64,000 nt of DNA. Source: Waddliaceae bacterium (GTDB lineage Bacteria > Chlamydiota > Chlamydiia > Chlamydiales > Waddliaceae). The notes under the pieces are model-generated. The model did no database searches and was not told where the DNA came from. It worked only from the letters and a program-made list of their open reading frames with translations. Below, piece by piece: positions 1 through 8,714 of this stretch. The DNA is taken from the NCBI GenBank assembly GCA_963724325.1, contig CAVRUH010000001.1, positions 544,001 to 608,000 on the forward strand, given 5' to 3'. The translations under genes were made by a program, and so were the position numbers. How positions within the stretch are numbered: the stretch's first letter is position 1; each line of letters opens with the position of its first letter.

Positions 1-127
1 CATCGACTTCGGAAAGATGAATTCCCAACAAATTACCAACTATATGAACCAACAAAAGGAAAAGTCTTTGAGATGGCAGGTGATTTCAATTGCATATCTC
101 TAATATTTAAGGTATAATTCCCAGCTG

Positions 128-970
128 ATGCTACACGCTTTAAAATTTAACATCCTATTCCTTTGTATTTTCGTACAAGCCCTCGCTTTTGCGGATGATC
201 GAAGCCATTATATTTTGGTGACGATTGCCCCCTATAAGTATTTTGTCGAAAAAATCGTTGGCGATACAGAACAAGCGGGCATCCTCGTACCTCCAGGTGC
301 CAGTCCACACTACTTTGAACCTACAGCTAAACAAGTTATGGCCGCCTCTAAAGCAGATATTTGGTTTCGCATGGGTGAAGGGTTCGAGCAAAAAGCTCTC
401 AAGTCATTAAATCTTAAGACTGTAGACCTAAGAGAAGGAATCAATCTGCTCTACGAAGCAACATGTTGCTGTGCTCATGAAGGAGACCCTGATCCTCATA
501 TATGGATGAGTCCCAGAACCGCAAAAAAACAGGCGGAAACAATAGCTAAGACACTTATTTCTATTTATCCTGAGAATCGCGATCTCTTTACAAAAAATCT
601 TTCCGTATTTTTAAAAGAACTCGATCAATTAGACATGGAAATTACCACTCTACTGAAACCCTATAAGGGACGTTCTATAATGGTTTCACACCCTGCATAT
701 GCCTATTTTTGCAGGGACTATGAAATCCTTCAAATCCCTATCGAATTTGAAGGAAAGGACCCCTCGCCTCAACAACTTACGAAAATTCTAGACCTGGCCC
801 GGAATGCAAAAATAAAAACAGTTTTTATTCAGCAGCAACATAGCAGCAAAGGAGCCCGTTTGATAGCCCGAGAAATCGGGGCAAATGTCGAAACCATCGA
901 TCCTCTTTCCGAGAATTATACTCAAAATATCAAGGAAATTGCGCAGAAATTCTTTAACTCATTCAATTGA
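128..970 (+). CDS. Zn/Mn ABC transporter substrate-binding protein (ZnuA/TroA family)
   Basis: Signal peptide; GASPHYFEP, DPHIWMSP and HPAYAYF..EGKDPS motifs of cluster A-I metal-binding proteins; first gene of an ABC operon. Confidence 0.92.
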   Translation: MLHALKFNILFLCIFVQALAFADDRSHYILVTIAPYKYFVEKIVGDTEQAGILVPPGASPHYFEPTAKQVMAASKADIWFRMGEGFEQKALKSLNLKTVDLREGINLLYEATCCCAHEGDPDPHIWMSPRTAKKQAETIAKTLISIYPENRDLFTKNLSVFLKELDQLDMEITTLLKPYKGRSIMVSHPAYAYFCRDYEILQIPIEFEGKDPSPQQLTKILDLARNAKIKTVFIQQQHSSKGARLIAREIGANVETIDPLSENYTQNIKEIAQKFFNSFN

Positions 971-974
971 TATC

Positions 975-1688
975 ATGAAACCAATTATAGAACTTTCTAA
1001 TGTCACTTTTTGCTATGACGACGTACCTGTTTTAAATAATACCTCATTTCAGGTGTCAGAAGGGGAATTTATCGGTATTTTCGGTCCCAATGGTGGTGGA
1101 AAAACCACACTCCTCAGATTGATCATGGGATTCCTCAAACCAACATCAGGAACAGTAAAAGTATTTGGAACCACCCCTGAAAAGGCACAAAAATACATAG
1201 CCTATGTTCCCCAACGCCTCAGCTTTGACAAAGATTTTCCTATCTCAGTCATGGAATTAGTTTTGTCAGGCCGTCTATCTCATCTACCATGGTATGGAAG
1301 ATTCAGTCAAAATGATTGCGATATTGCTAGCGAAATGCTCGATTTAGTCGGACTTTCTAACTTTAAATATGTTTCATTCGGCACCCTATCAGGCGGACAA
1401 GCACAAAGGGCCCTCATCGCACGTGCACTGGTTTCTAATCCAAAACTTCTACTCCTTGACGAACCAACCGCTAGCGTCGATACCGATGCTGAACTAGAAA
1501 TATATAAAATCCTCGAAGACCTAAAAGGAAAAGTAACAATTCTTATGGTCACACACCACCTCGAAACTGCCATGCATCAAGTACAGCGTGTTCTTTGCGT
1601 CAAACAAAATGTGATTTCGCTCCAGCCAGAACAAGTTTGCGAGCACTTTACCATCGGCCTTTATCACCCGCCACTCAGAGGAAACTAG
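975..1688 (+). CDS. Metal ABC transporter ATP-binding protein (ZnuC-like)
   Basis: Walker A GPNGGGKT, LSGGQ signature, LLLLDEP Walker B; ATG at 975 preferred over the ORF-track start 885, which overlaps the upstream gene. Confidence 0.93.
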   Translation: MKPIIELSNVTFCYDDVPVLNNTSFQVSEGEFIGIFGPNGGGKTTLLRLIMGFLKPTSGTVKVFGTTPEKAQKYIAYVPQRLSFDKDFPISVMELVLSGRLSHLPWYGRFSQNDCDIASEMLDLVGLSNFKYVSFGTLSGGQAQRALIARALVSNPKLLLLDEPTASVDTDAELEIYKILEDLKGKVTILMVTHHLETAMHQVQRVLCVKQNVISLQPEQVCEHFTIGLYHPPLRGN

Positions 1689-1689
1689 T

Positions 1690-2521
1690 ATGTCATTTTT
1701 TGAAGCTGTCTGGAACAACCCACTTCTTCTATCAGCCATCATCGCCGGATTGTTGGCCTCAGTGGTCAGCGGAATCATCGGATCCTACGTCGTCGTCAAA
1801 CGAATTGTATTTATTAGCGGGAGCATCTCCCATGCAGTCCTAGGCGGCATCGGATTTTGTCTCTGGCTAGAACGAGCCAAAGGAATCACATGGGCATCTC
1901 CCCTTTTTGGAGCTCTTGCTGCTGCTGTATTATCTGCACTGATCATTGGATGGATCCATCTCAATTATCCGTCAACGAGAAGATTCTGTCATTGCAGCCA
2001 TTTGGTCAATTGGAATGGCGGTCGGGGTGTTATTTATTTCGCAAACCCCCGGATTCAATGTCGAACTGACGAATTTTTTGATCGGAAATATTTTATGGGT
2101 TTCTCCAACCGATCTGTATATTTTGACTCTGTTAGATGTGATTATTTTAATCGCCGTTATCTGCCTTCATAAAAGGTTTTTGGCCATTTGTTTTGATGAA
2201 GAGCAGGCTCAGCTGCAAGGAGTTCCTGTCAATGCTCTATATCTGCTTTTGCTGGTCATTGATTGCAGTTTCGATTGTGCTTCTTGATTCAAGTAGTGGG
2301 GATCATTCTTGTGATGACGATGCTGACGATTCCTGCAGCAATAGCGAATCTTTTTACCGTCGCGCCTATCGCGAATGATGATCATTGCAGTCTAATCAGC
2401 GCTTTTTTTACCGTTTCCGGAACATGCTGCAGCCTATTATCTGGATTGGCCGGCAGGGGCAACCATTGCTCTGATTGCCGGCATCTGCATTATGCCATCG
2501 CGGATAAGACTATTTCGCTAA
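1690..2521 (+). pseudogene. Metal ABC transporter permease (ZnuB/ABC-3 family), broken by several frameshifts (pseudogene or sequencing error)
   Basis: ABC-3 permease text (SGSISHAVLGG; REDSVIAAIWSIGMAVG; VGIILVMTMLTIPAA; YLDWPAGATIAL) runs on across different frames with shifts near 1968, 2258, 2283, 2360, 2392 and 2428. Confidence 0.85.
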
Positions 2522-2532
2522 AAGATAAAATT

Positions 2533-2620
2533 CGGAAAGAGAGGGATTTGAACCCTCGATACCCTTTAGGGGTATGCGTCCTTAGCAGGGACGTGCTTTC
2601 GGCCACTCAGCCATCTTTCC
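2533..2620 (-). tRNA. tRNA-Ser(GCT)
   Basis: Reverse complement GGAAAGATGGCTGAGTGGCCGAAAGCA-CGTCC-CTGCTAA-GGACG, long variable arm, GGTTCAAATCC T-arm. Confidence 0.95.
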
Positions 2621-2705
2621 TAAAGATGATCTATATTATCCTTCTTTGTATATTTTTGCAAGAACGAGGTTGCCTTTTTATTCGTCTACCCATAAAATTC
2701 CTAGC

Positions 2706-4520
2706 ATGATGACACATGAAATTACAGTTAAGGTGGCCCCAAATTCGAAAGAATCCGAGATGATGGTGCTCGGCTGCATGCTCACGAGCATTAATGGCCT
2801 GAACATTGCCGCCGATTCGCTCGATGATTCCGACTTCTATTTTACCGAACACAAAATCGTATTCAGCGTCCTGAAAAATTGCTACAAAAGTGATAAACCC
2901 GCAGACATCCATATCGTTTGTGAAGAACTCAAACGCCTAGATAAGCTCCAGGCCGTCGGCGGTCCAGGCTACATCACTATGCTGGCCCAATATGCAGGAA
3001 CTTCCGCGCATATCGAAGAATATGCAAAGATCGTCCATGATAAATCGATGCTGCGAAGAATGATCAATGCCGCGCAAGTAATCGAAAAAAAGGCTCTAGA
3101 TCACCCTGAAAACGTAGAATCGGCTCTGGATGAAGCGCAGCAAATGTTCTACCAAATTAGCCAAAATGCACGTTCCATGACCGGCGTGCTCATCGGAGAA
3201 GTTCTGTCTGGAGTCAAGTCAGAAAGCGAAACACCTTTTCTCAAAATCATCCAAGAACGACAAGAAAAATATCAGGAAAATGGCGGAAAAGACCTAGGCA
3301 TCACCGGAATCTCAACCACCTACACCGACCTCGACAAAATGTTAAATGGATTCAATAATTCCAACTTGATGATCCTTGCCGCCCGCCCCGCCATGGGAAA
3401 AACCGCTTTTGCTATCAATATTGCCGAAAACATTTGCTTTAAAAATAATATTCCCGTGGGTATTTTTTCCCTAGAAATGAGTGCTGAGCAACTTGTGCAC
3501 AGGATTATTTGCTCTCAAGCCGAAGTTGAGTCGGATAAAATCAAAACCGGATCCCTCAATGGCGAGGAATATCAGCGCATCGTTGAAACCGTGCACAACA
3601 TCCAAAGTCACCCACTCATCATAGACGACCAGCCTGGGCTAAAAATTTCCGATCTTCGCTCCCGTGCCCGCCGCATGAAAGAAAGCTGGGGCGTCGGCTT
3701 CATAGTCATCGACTACCTACAGCTGCTTACAGGATCTGGATCATATAAAGTCCAAGAAAACCGCCAGCTCGAAATTTCAGAAATTTCTCGTCTCCTCAAA
3801 AATCTCGCCCGCGAACTCAATATCCCTGTCCTCGTCCTCTCCCAACTTTCAAGAAAAGTTGAAGAGCGCCAAGGCCACCGCCCCATGATGAGCGATCTGA
3901 GAGAAAGTGGTTGTCTCGCCGGAGATACAATCATAAAAGATGCGGTCACCGGAAAAATTTATACCATCAAAGAATTGGCAGACAGAGATGTTCAATCTCC
4001 GATTTCTGTTTTTGGAGTAAATTCTGAGCTCAAAGTAGGTATTCACCAAATGACAAAAGCCTTTTACTCGGGTAAAAAGGAGGTCTTTGAACTTAAAACA
4101 AGAACTGGAAGAACAATCAAAGCAAGCGGCAATCATCCATTCTTAAAAATCAACGGATGGGCCAGACTCGATGAACTGCAAATTAATGAAAAAATTGCCA
4201 TACCTCGAGAAATTGATCTCTATTGGGATGAAATCATCTCAATCACAAAATTAGGTATCGAAGACGTTTATGATGCAACCGTAGAGAATGTTCACAACTT
4301 TGTGGCAAATGATATTATTGTACATAACAGTCTCGAGCAAGATGCAGACATAGTGATGTTCCTGTTGAGAAGGGAATACTACGATGCGATGGATAAGCCA
4401 GGCATGGCAGAGTTGATTGTAGCTAAAAATCGTCACGGCGGCATTGGCAATGTAAACCTCACCTTCCGTAAAGAAATCGCCCAATTCGCCAATTATACAC
4501 CCATTACAGCACCAATATAG
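2706..4520 (+). CDS. dnaB: Replicative DNA helicase DnaB (intein-containing precursor)
   Basis: ARPAMGKT Walker A, FSLEMS, IDYLQL, SQLSR, DLRESG...SLEQDAD, AKNRHG; ATG at 2706/2709. Confidence 0.97.
   Translation: MMTHEITVKVAPNSKESEMMVLGCMLTSINGLNIAADSLDDSDFYFTEHKIVFSVLKNCYKSDKPADIHIVCEELKRLDKLQAVGGPGYITMLAQYAGTSAHIEEYAKIVHDKSMLRRMINAAQVIEKKALDHPENVESALDEAQQMFYQISQNARSMTGVLIGEVLSGVKSESETPFLKIIQERQEKYQENGGKDLGITGISTTYTDLDKMLNGFNNSNLMILAARPAMGKTAFAINIAENICFKNNIPVGIFSLEMSAEQLVHRIICSQAEVESDKIKTGSLNGEEYQRIVETVHNIQSHPLIIDDQPGLKISDLRSRARRMKESWGVGFIVIDYLQLLTGSGSYKVQENRQLEISEISRLLKNLARELNIPVLVLSQLSRKVEERQGHRPMMSDLRESGCLAGDTIIKDAVTGKIYTIKELADRDVQSPISVFGVNSELKVGIHQMTKAFYSGKKEVFELKTRTGRTIKASGNHPFLKINGWARLDELQINEKIAIPREIDLYWDEIISITKLGIEDVYDATVENVHNFVANDIIVHNSLEQDADIVMFLLRREYYDAMDKPGMAELIVAKNRHGGIGNVNLTFRKEIAQFANYTPITAPI
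3912..4328 (+). mobile_element. Mini-intein (139 aa, no homing endonuclease) in DnaB
   Basis: In-frame insertion splitting RESG|SLEQD; starts CLAGDT, block B ASGNHPF, block F VYDATVENVHNFVAN, ends VHN followed by Ser+1. Confidence 0.95.
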
Positions 4521-4637
4521 AAATTACGATGTAAATCGAAAGCTGATCTCTTCAACAGCAAAAACATATATTTATATTGAATTTTAATTAACTATAATAT
4601 ATAATAACTTATATTTTATTATTTTATAGGTATAATT

Positions 4638-7600
4638 ATGCTGCCACAGATAAATCCAGATGCAAATAATTCCAACGTGTTTTTTGGAAGAGATCATTTG
4701 AAAATATTTCAAAATCGGTTGATGCCGTTTCTTGATGATGCATCTATTCTAAATCTTATTGTTTGTAGTAAAATAACATGTCATCACTTCTTTGCCGAAA
4801 AAGTTTTTCGATTCATTAAAACCATTAGAATAGGAGTTAAAAATGATCGGAAAAATCTAAGTGATACTATTGGAGTCATCCTTTTTAGAAGTGCAGAACT
4901 TGGAAACATTAGAATTATTACAAATTTAAGTGCCGAGAAGGTTAATTTTAATATATGCGAAAAGTCAAACTTAAATCTTCTACATTTTGCCGCTTGCAAT
5001 GGATATTTTGATATTGTTAAATTCTTGTGTGAAGAACATCCATATTTGTTAACAGCAAAAAATTCGAGCGGTTGGACTCCACTTAGTTTGGCAGCATCAA
5101 ACGGTTATGAAAAAGTAGTCGCTTATTTGGTAGAGAAGTACCCGGAAGCATTGCTTATAAGTGATAATACCGGAGACACTCCATTGCATTTAGCCATCTT
5201 AAGTAACAATCTAAATGTTGTTTCCCTTCTGATTGAAAAATACTCGGCAGAACAATTAATACAGGAAAATGAAAAAAATAGCATATTTAAATGCGCTATA
5301 TTAAAAGAAAATTATAATATGTGTGAGCTATTATGTTTTAAGTGTCCGGAATTGTTGAAAAAACAAGATGAGCGTGGCCTTACCCCAATCCTTTTTGCCA
5401 TTGAAAAGAAGAAAGAAATCGCGATCCTTCTCTGTGAACAATGTCCAGAAGCATTACAAATAAAAAATATCTATGGCTATACTCCTCTCCACTTTGCAGT
5501 ATATCGTGGGGATTTAACGCTCGTTATTTACCTGCATGATAGTTCACCGGAACAGTTACGAGTAAAAGATATAAGCGATGAAACTCCATTCGATATTGCT
5601 GTCAAACAAAAGCATTTTCATATCGTCTCTTACTTCGTTATGTATGCCAAAGGAGGTTCTTTAAATCTTCCTAAAGTAAGGGTGACTATCAATCCGTCGC
5701 AATTTAACGAATTATATAAAGAAGTAAATGAATCTGTAAAGGAGGTTCGGACCCTGCAATGGGATAATATTATCAAATTTAAAGAAAAACAAACTGTAAA
5801 AAACATAATTGCAGATAGTTTGGAAGCTGATTTCGATAAATCAAAAATGTTTTTAGTTTTATTTTATTCTAAAAATAAGGTGTTATTTTTTAATCAATTG
5901 TTTCTTTTCTTTTCAGAAATCAGAAAAGAAACTGACGAATTATTGGTCAAGGTTCTAAAAAAAAATGTGCTGATGAAGAAAGATGAAAAATCAATCCCTA
6001 GATCAGAAATTGAAACCCATCATATGATGCTTCTTGCAGGGTCTTCAGGATTTAACGAGGTTGTCAGATATCTATTCAAAGAGCGTAAAATAGATCCTTA
6101 TGAAAAAGTCTTGAAAGGTCAAAATGTTGTTCAATTGCTTATTAATAAAAATTCAGAAAAATTTTCTGAACAAGAAGTAGTTGAACTTATGGATATATTG
6201 GATGTCAAACTAGGGCATGCCAATGACATCTTTGGTGAAAAATACGATCCAAGATTGTGTAATAACAACAAATATCGATCCTTCCGCCGTTATATTTTTG
6301 TGAAAGCTGCTAAACACTTGAATAAAATATTTCAAAAGAAGCAATTGTATGATCACTGGATTTCAAAACAATGCATTTTCAATAATACCCTTTATTGCCT
6401 CGATTTTAAAGATGTCGAAATCGCAAAACTGTTTTTGATGAAACAATATCTCGAATCGAAAAAAATTGAATCCAAAATATGCCAAGAAAATGACTCTTCT
6501 ATACTTCGTATCTCGGATTTGTCTTCTTGCCAAAATATTATGGCATTGGAGCAAGAGCAATTCTCCAAAGATCACAGCTCGTTAAGTGAGCTTTGGTCAA
6601 TATTAACTAAATTCCCCAGTTTATTCTGCAGTCTTCATTGGCGATATATTGGAGAAAATCTCTGCATCGATTTACCTGGTGATATTGTCCCTGTACAGTT
6701 GATGTTCGCTCATATTGCAAGTCAAAAGAAATGTAAGATGCCCTTTGATATACGTGAAAGTAGTCTAACCTGCACCCCAGCATTGATCGATGATTTCATG
6801 CAAAGTGAAACCTATTTCATCTCACAAGATTTTGAACGATGGGAAAAATTGGTTAAAATAATTATTAAAGATAAAATCGTTGACGCGGATGCATTAGATA
6901 AAAAACTACAGTTTTTGGAAGGGGGGCGCATCAAAAAAGATAAAGCTGAAAGAGAGGAACGGGAGAAAGCGGATAAGCGTGTTGTTTTAAAAGCTAAGAA
7001 ACAACCTCCAAGCATTAGCAATAAATCAATGCCGGTGAAGAAAAAGGCTGCAGAGGCCCCTAAAAAGCCGACAAAACAGAAAAAAAACCAAACAGCTCCC
7101 ATACCCGCAAAATCAGAAACTATATACCTATCCATGCCATCTAGAGATGCGAGAGAAGCACCAGTCGTGGCAGTATCTTCAATTGATTACGGTCTAAAAG
7201 CGGAGCAAATAAATGCTCCTAAAAAAATAGAGGATTCCCGATCAAATCAAATCAATGCACCACTGGAGCTATTACTTTCTGAAAATCTTGCTAAAACGCA
7301 AGAAGTTCACGAATGCTTTAAGCGCCTGTTTGAATTATCAAGGCCAGAAATTGATTGTGATCCACTCATTGTGAACGGAGCTGCTCTTTTCAATAAAATG
7401 AGAGTCGATTTAGCTTGCGATACATTGTCTGTCGATTCTCCCATTCGCAATTTATGCTCTTATGGTCTAGATAAACACCCAAGAGATTCCTGGTCTCACG
7501 ATTACTTCCCAGATCCAGAAGCGCCCGTTTTTCCTCTGAAAACTGATGGTGCTATTTTTGAAACTCTCTCCCAAATGGAAAAAGGACAGTTTTCAGATGT

Positions 7601-8603
7601 CAAAATTTTTGACGCTGCAAAAAAGGAAATCATAGCCCTATTCTCCGATTGCGAATCCTATCGCATATCCTGGAATGATGTTTTCATTGGAGCCTATCCC
7701 AATCCTGTCCCAGCTTTGACTGAAAAAATCGCAAAGTATTTATCCGCTTTAACCAGCCTAAAAGGGTTGCTCGATAAATATCCTGTCGGAGACATGCGAC
7801 GTTCCTACGCCTTGGATGCAATCACCTTTTTTATCAGCCGTATCGGCGAATTGACAAAACATATTGAATTAGGCTCAAAGCCTTTTCAATCACTACGCAA
7901 TGAAATTATTCACCAGCTTGAGAATGTCGATCATGATCGTGAAACATTGCATGCCAAATGCCTCTCTTTACTAGATAGGCTAACAACATTTAAAATTCCT
8001 CAAGTCGTTTTAGAAGCAAAATGGGAGCCAAGCATCAATAAGAGCTTCTGCTATAATGCCAAATTGATCGCAAAGCTATTGCGCTGGCGCACTGCTGAGC
8101 TAAATAGTCCCAACAAGAAAATCATTGTCCTCGACCCAGTTAAATTATCGGACTTGCAAAAAGTTGTGGTAACAAACAAGGATGGCTCCATAATATTTAT
8201 TCCTTTAATGCTCGGAAACCAAAAATATGCATGCTTAGTCCTTAATTTTGAAAATCAAAAAGCCAAAGTAGTGGATTATATCTCTATCAACGGAGCCACG
8301 GACGTAATATCCGAAGAAATCCAAGCTTTCACCAAACCCTTTGGCACAGTTAGAAAGGCTGCTATGGAAGAAAAAAAGGAAACAACACCAGAAGACCACG
8401 GACCTCTTTTAGTCGAACGCCTACACCGTAAAGCCCAGGAAATTACCCAGGGAAAACAGGACAAAATAGAATCAACTTTCCAAATGCGCAAGCGTCACCT
8501 TAATTTAGCATTTGCTGTCGGAAACGTGCAACTCTATCTAAAACAATTCCTGCTCAGAGGCATACAAAAGCCCCAAGACAAACAGGGTCATTGTATAAAA
8601 TAG
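4638..8603 (+). CDS. Large ankyrin-repeat protein, paralogue 1 (putative F-box-like / ANK / HEPN / pseudo-Ulp1 effector)
   Basis: About 7 ANK repeats (GWTPLSLAA, GDTPLHLA, GYTPLHFA, ETPFDIA); C-terminal RNEIIH motif at 7896-7913. Confidence 0.85.
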   Translation: MLPQINPDANNSNVFFGRDHLKIFQNRLMPFLDDASILNLIVCSKITCHHFFAEKVFRFIKTIRIGVKNDRKNLSDTIGVILFRSAELGNIRIITNLSAEKVNFNICEKSNLNLLHFAACNGYFDIVKFLCEEHPYLLTAKNSSGWTPLSLAASNGYEKVVAYLVEKYPEALLISDNTGDTPLHLAILSNNLNVVSLLIEKYSAEQLIQENEKNSIFKCAILKENYNMCELLCFKCPELLKKQDERGLTPILFAIEKKKEIAILLCEQCPEALQIKNIYGYTPLHFAVYRGDLTLVIYLHDSSPEQLRVKDISDETPFDIAVKQKHFHIVSYFVMYAKGGSLNLPKVRVTINPSQFNELYKEVNESVKEVRTLQWDNIIKFKEKQTVKNIIADSLEADFDKSKMFLVLFYSKNKVLFFNQLFLFFSEIRKETDELLVKVLKKNVLMKKDEKSIPRSEIETHHMMLLAGSSGFNEVVRYLFKERKIDPYEKVLKGQNVVQLLINKNSEKFSEQEVVELMDILDVKLGHANDIFGEKYDPRLCNNNKYRSFRRYIFVKAAKHLNKIFQKKQLYDHWISKQCIFNNTLYCLDFKDVEIAKLFLMKQYLESKKIESKICQENDSSILRISDLSSCQNIMALEQEQFSKDHSSLSELWSILTKFPSLFCSLHWRYIGENLCIDLPGDIVPVQLMFAHIASQKKCKMPFDIRESSLTCTPALIDDFMQSETYFISQDFERWEKLVKIIIKDKIVDADALDKKLQFLEGGRIKKDKAEREEREKADKRVVLKAKKQPPSISNKSMPVKKKAAEAPKKPTKQKKNQTAPIPAKSETIYLSMPSRDAREAPVVAVSSIDYGLKAEQINAPKKIEDSRSNQINAPLELLLSENLAKTQEVHECFKRLFELSRPEIDCDPLIVNGAALFNKMRVDLACDTLSVDSPIRNLCSYGLDKHPRDSWSHDYFPDPEAPVFPLKTDGAIFETLSQMEKGQFSDVKIFDAAKKEIIALFSDCESYRISWNDVFIGAYPNPVPALTEKIAKYLSALTSLKGLLDKYPVGDMRRSYALDAITFFISRIGELTKHIELGSKPFQSLRNEIIHQLENVDHDRETLHAKCLSLLDRLTTFKIPQVVLEAKWEPSINKSFCYNAKLIAKLLRWRTAELNSPNKKIIVLDPVKLSDLQKVVVTNKDGSIIFIPLMLGNQKYACLVLNFENQKAKVVDYISINGATDVISEEIQAFTKPFGTVRKAAMEEKKETTPEDHGPLLVERLHRKAQEITQGKQDKIESTFQMRKRHLNLAFAVGNVQLYLKQFLLRGIQKPQDKQGHCIK

Positions 8604-8714
8604 ATATTTATTTTTTAAAGTAACACTAATTTTATAAACAATAAATATTTATATTGAAGTTTAATTAACTATAATATATAATAAACTATATTTTATTATT
8701 TTATAGGTATAATT

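Noticed and set aside
6812..7135. Conserved antisense ORFs repeated in each array unit (107 aa, 70 aa, 71 aa) as antitoxin or immunity genes
   Set aside because: They lie fully inside the large genes and are conserved only because the DNA is duplicated; the hydrophobicity mirrors Lys codons on the sense strand
8574..8603. C-terminal CaaX prenylation motif in the ankyrin proteins
   Set aside because: The sequence ends GHCIK, with Cys at -3 rather than -4, and copy 4 lacks it
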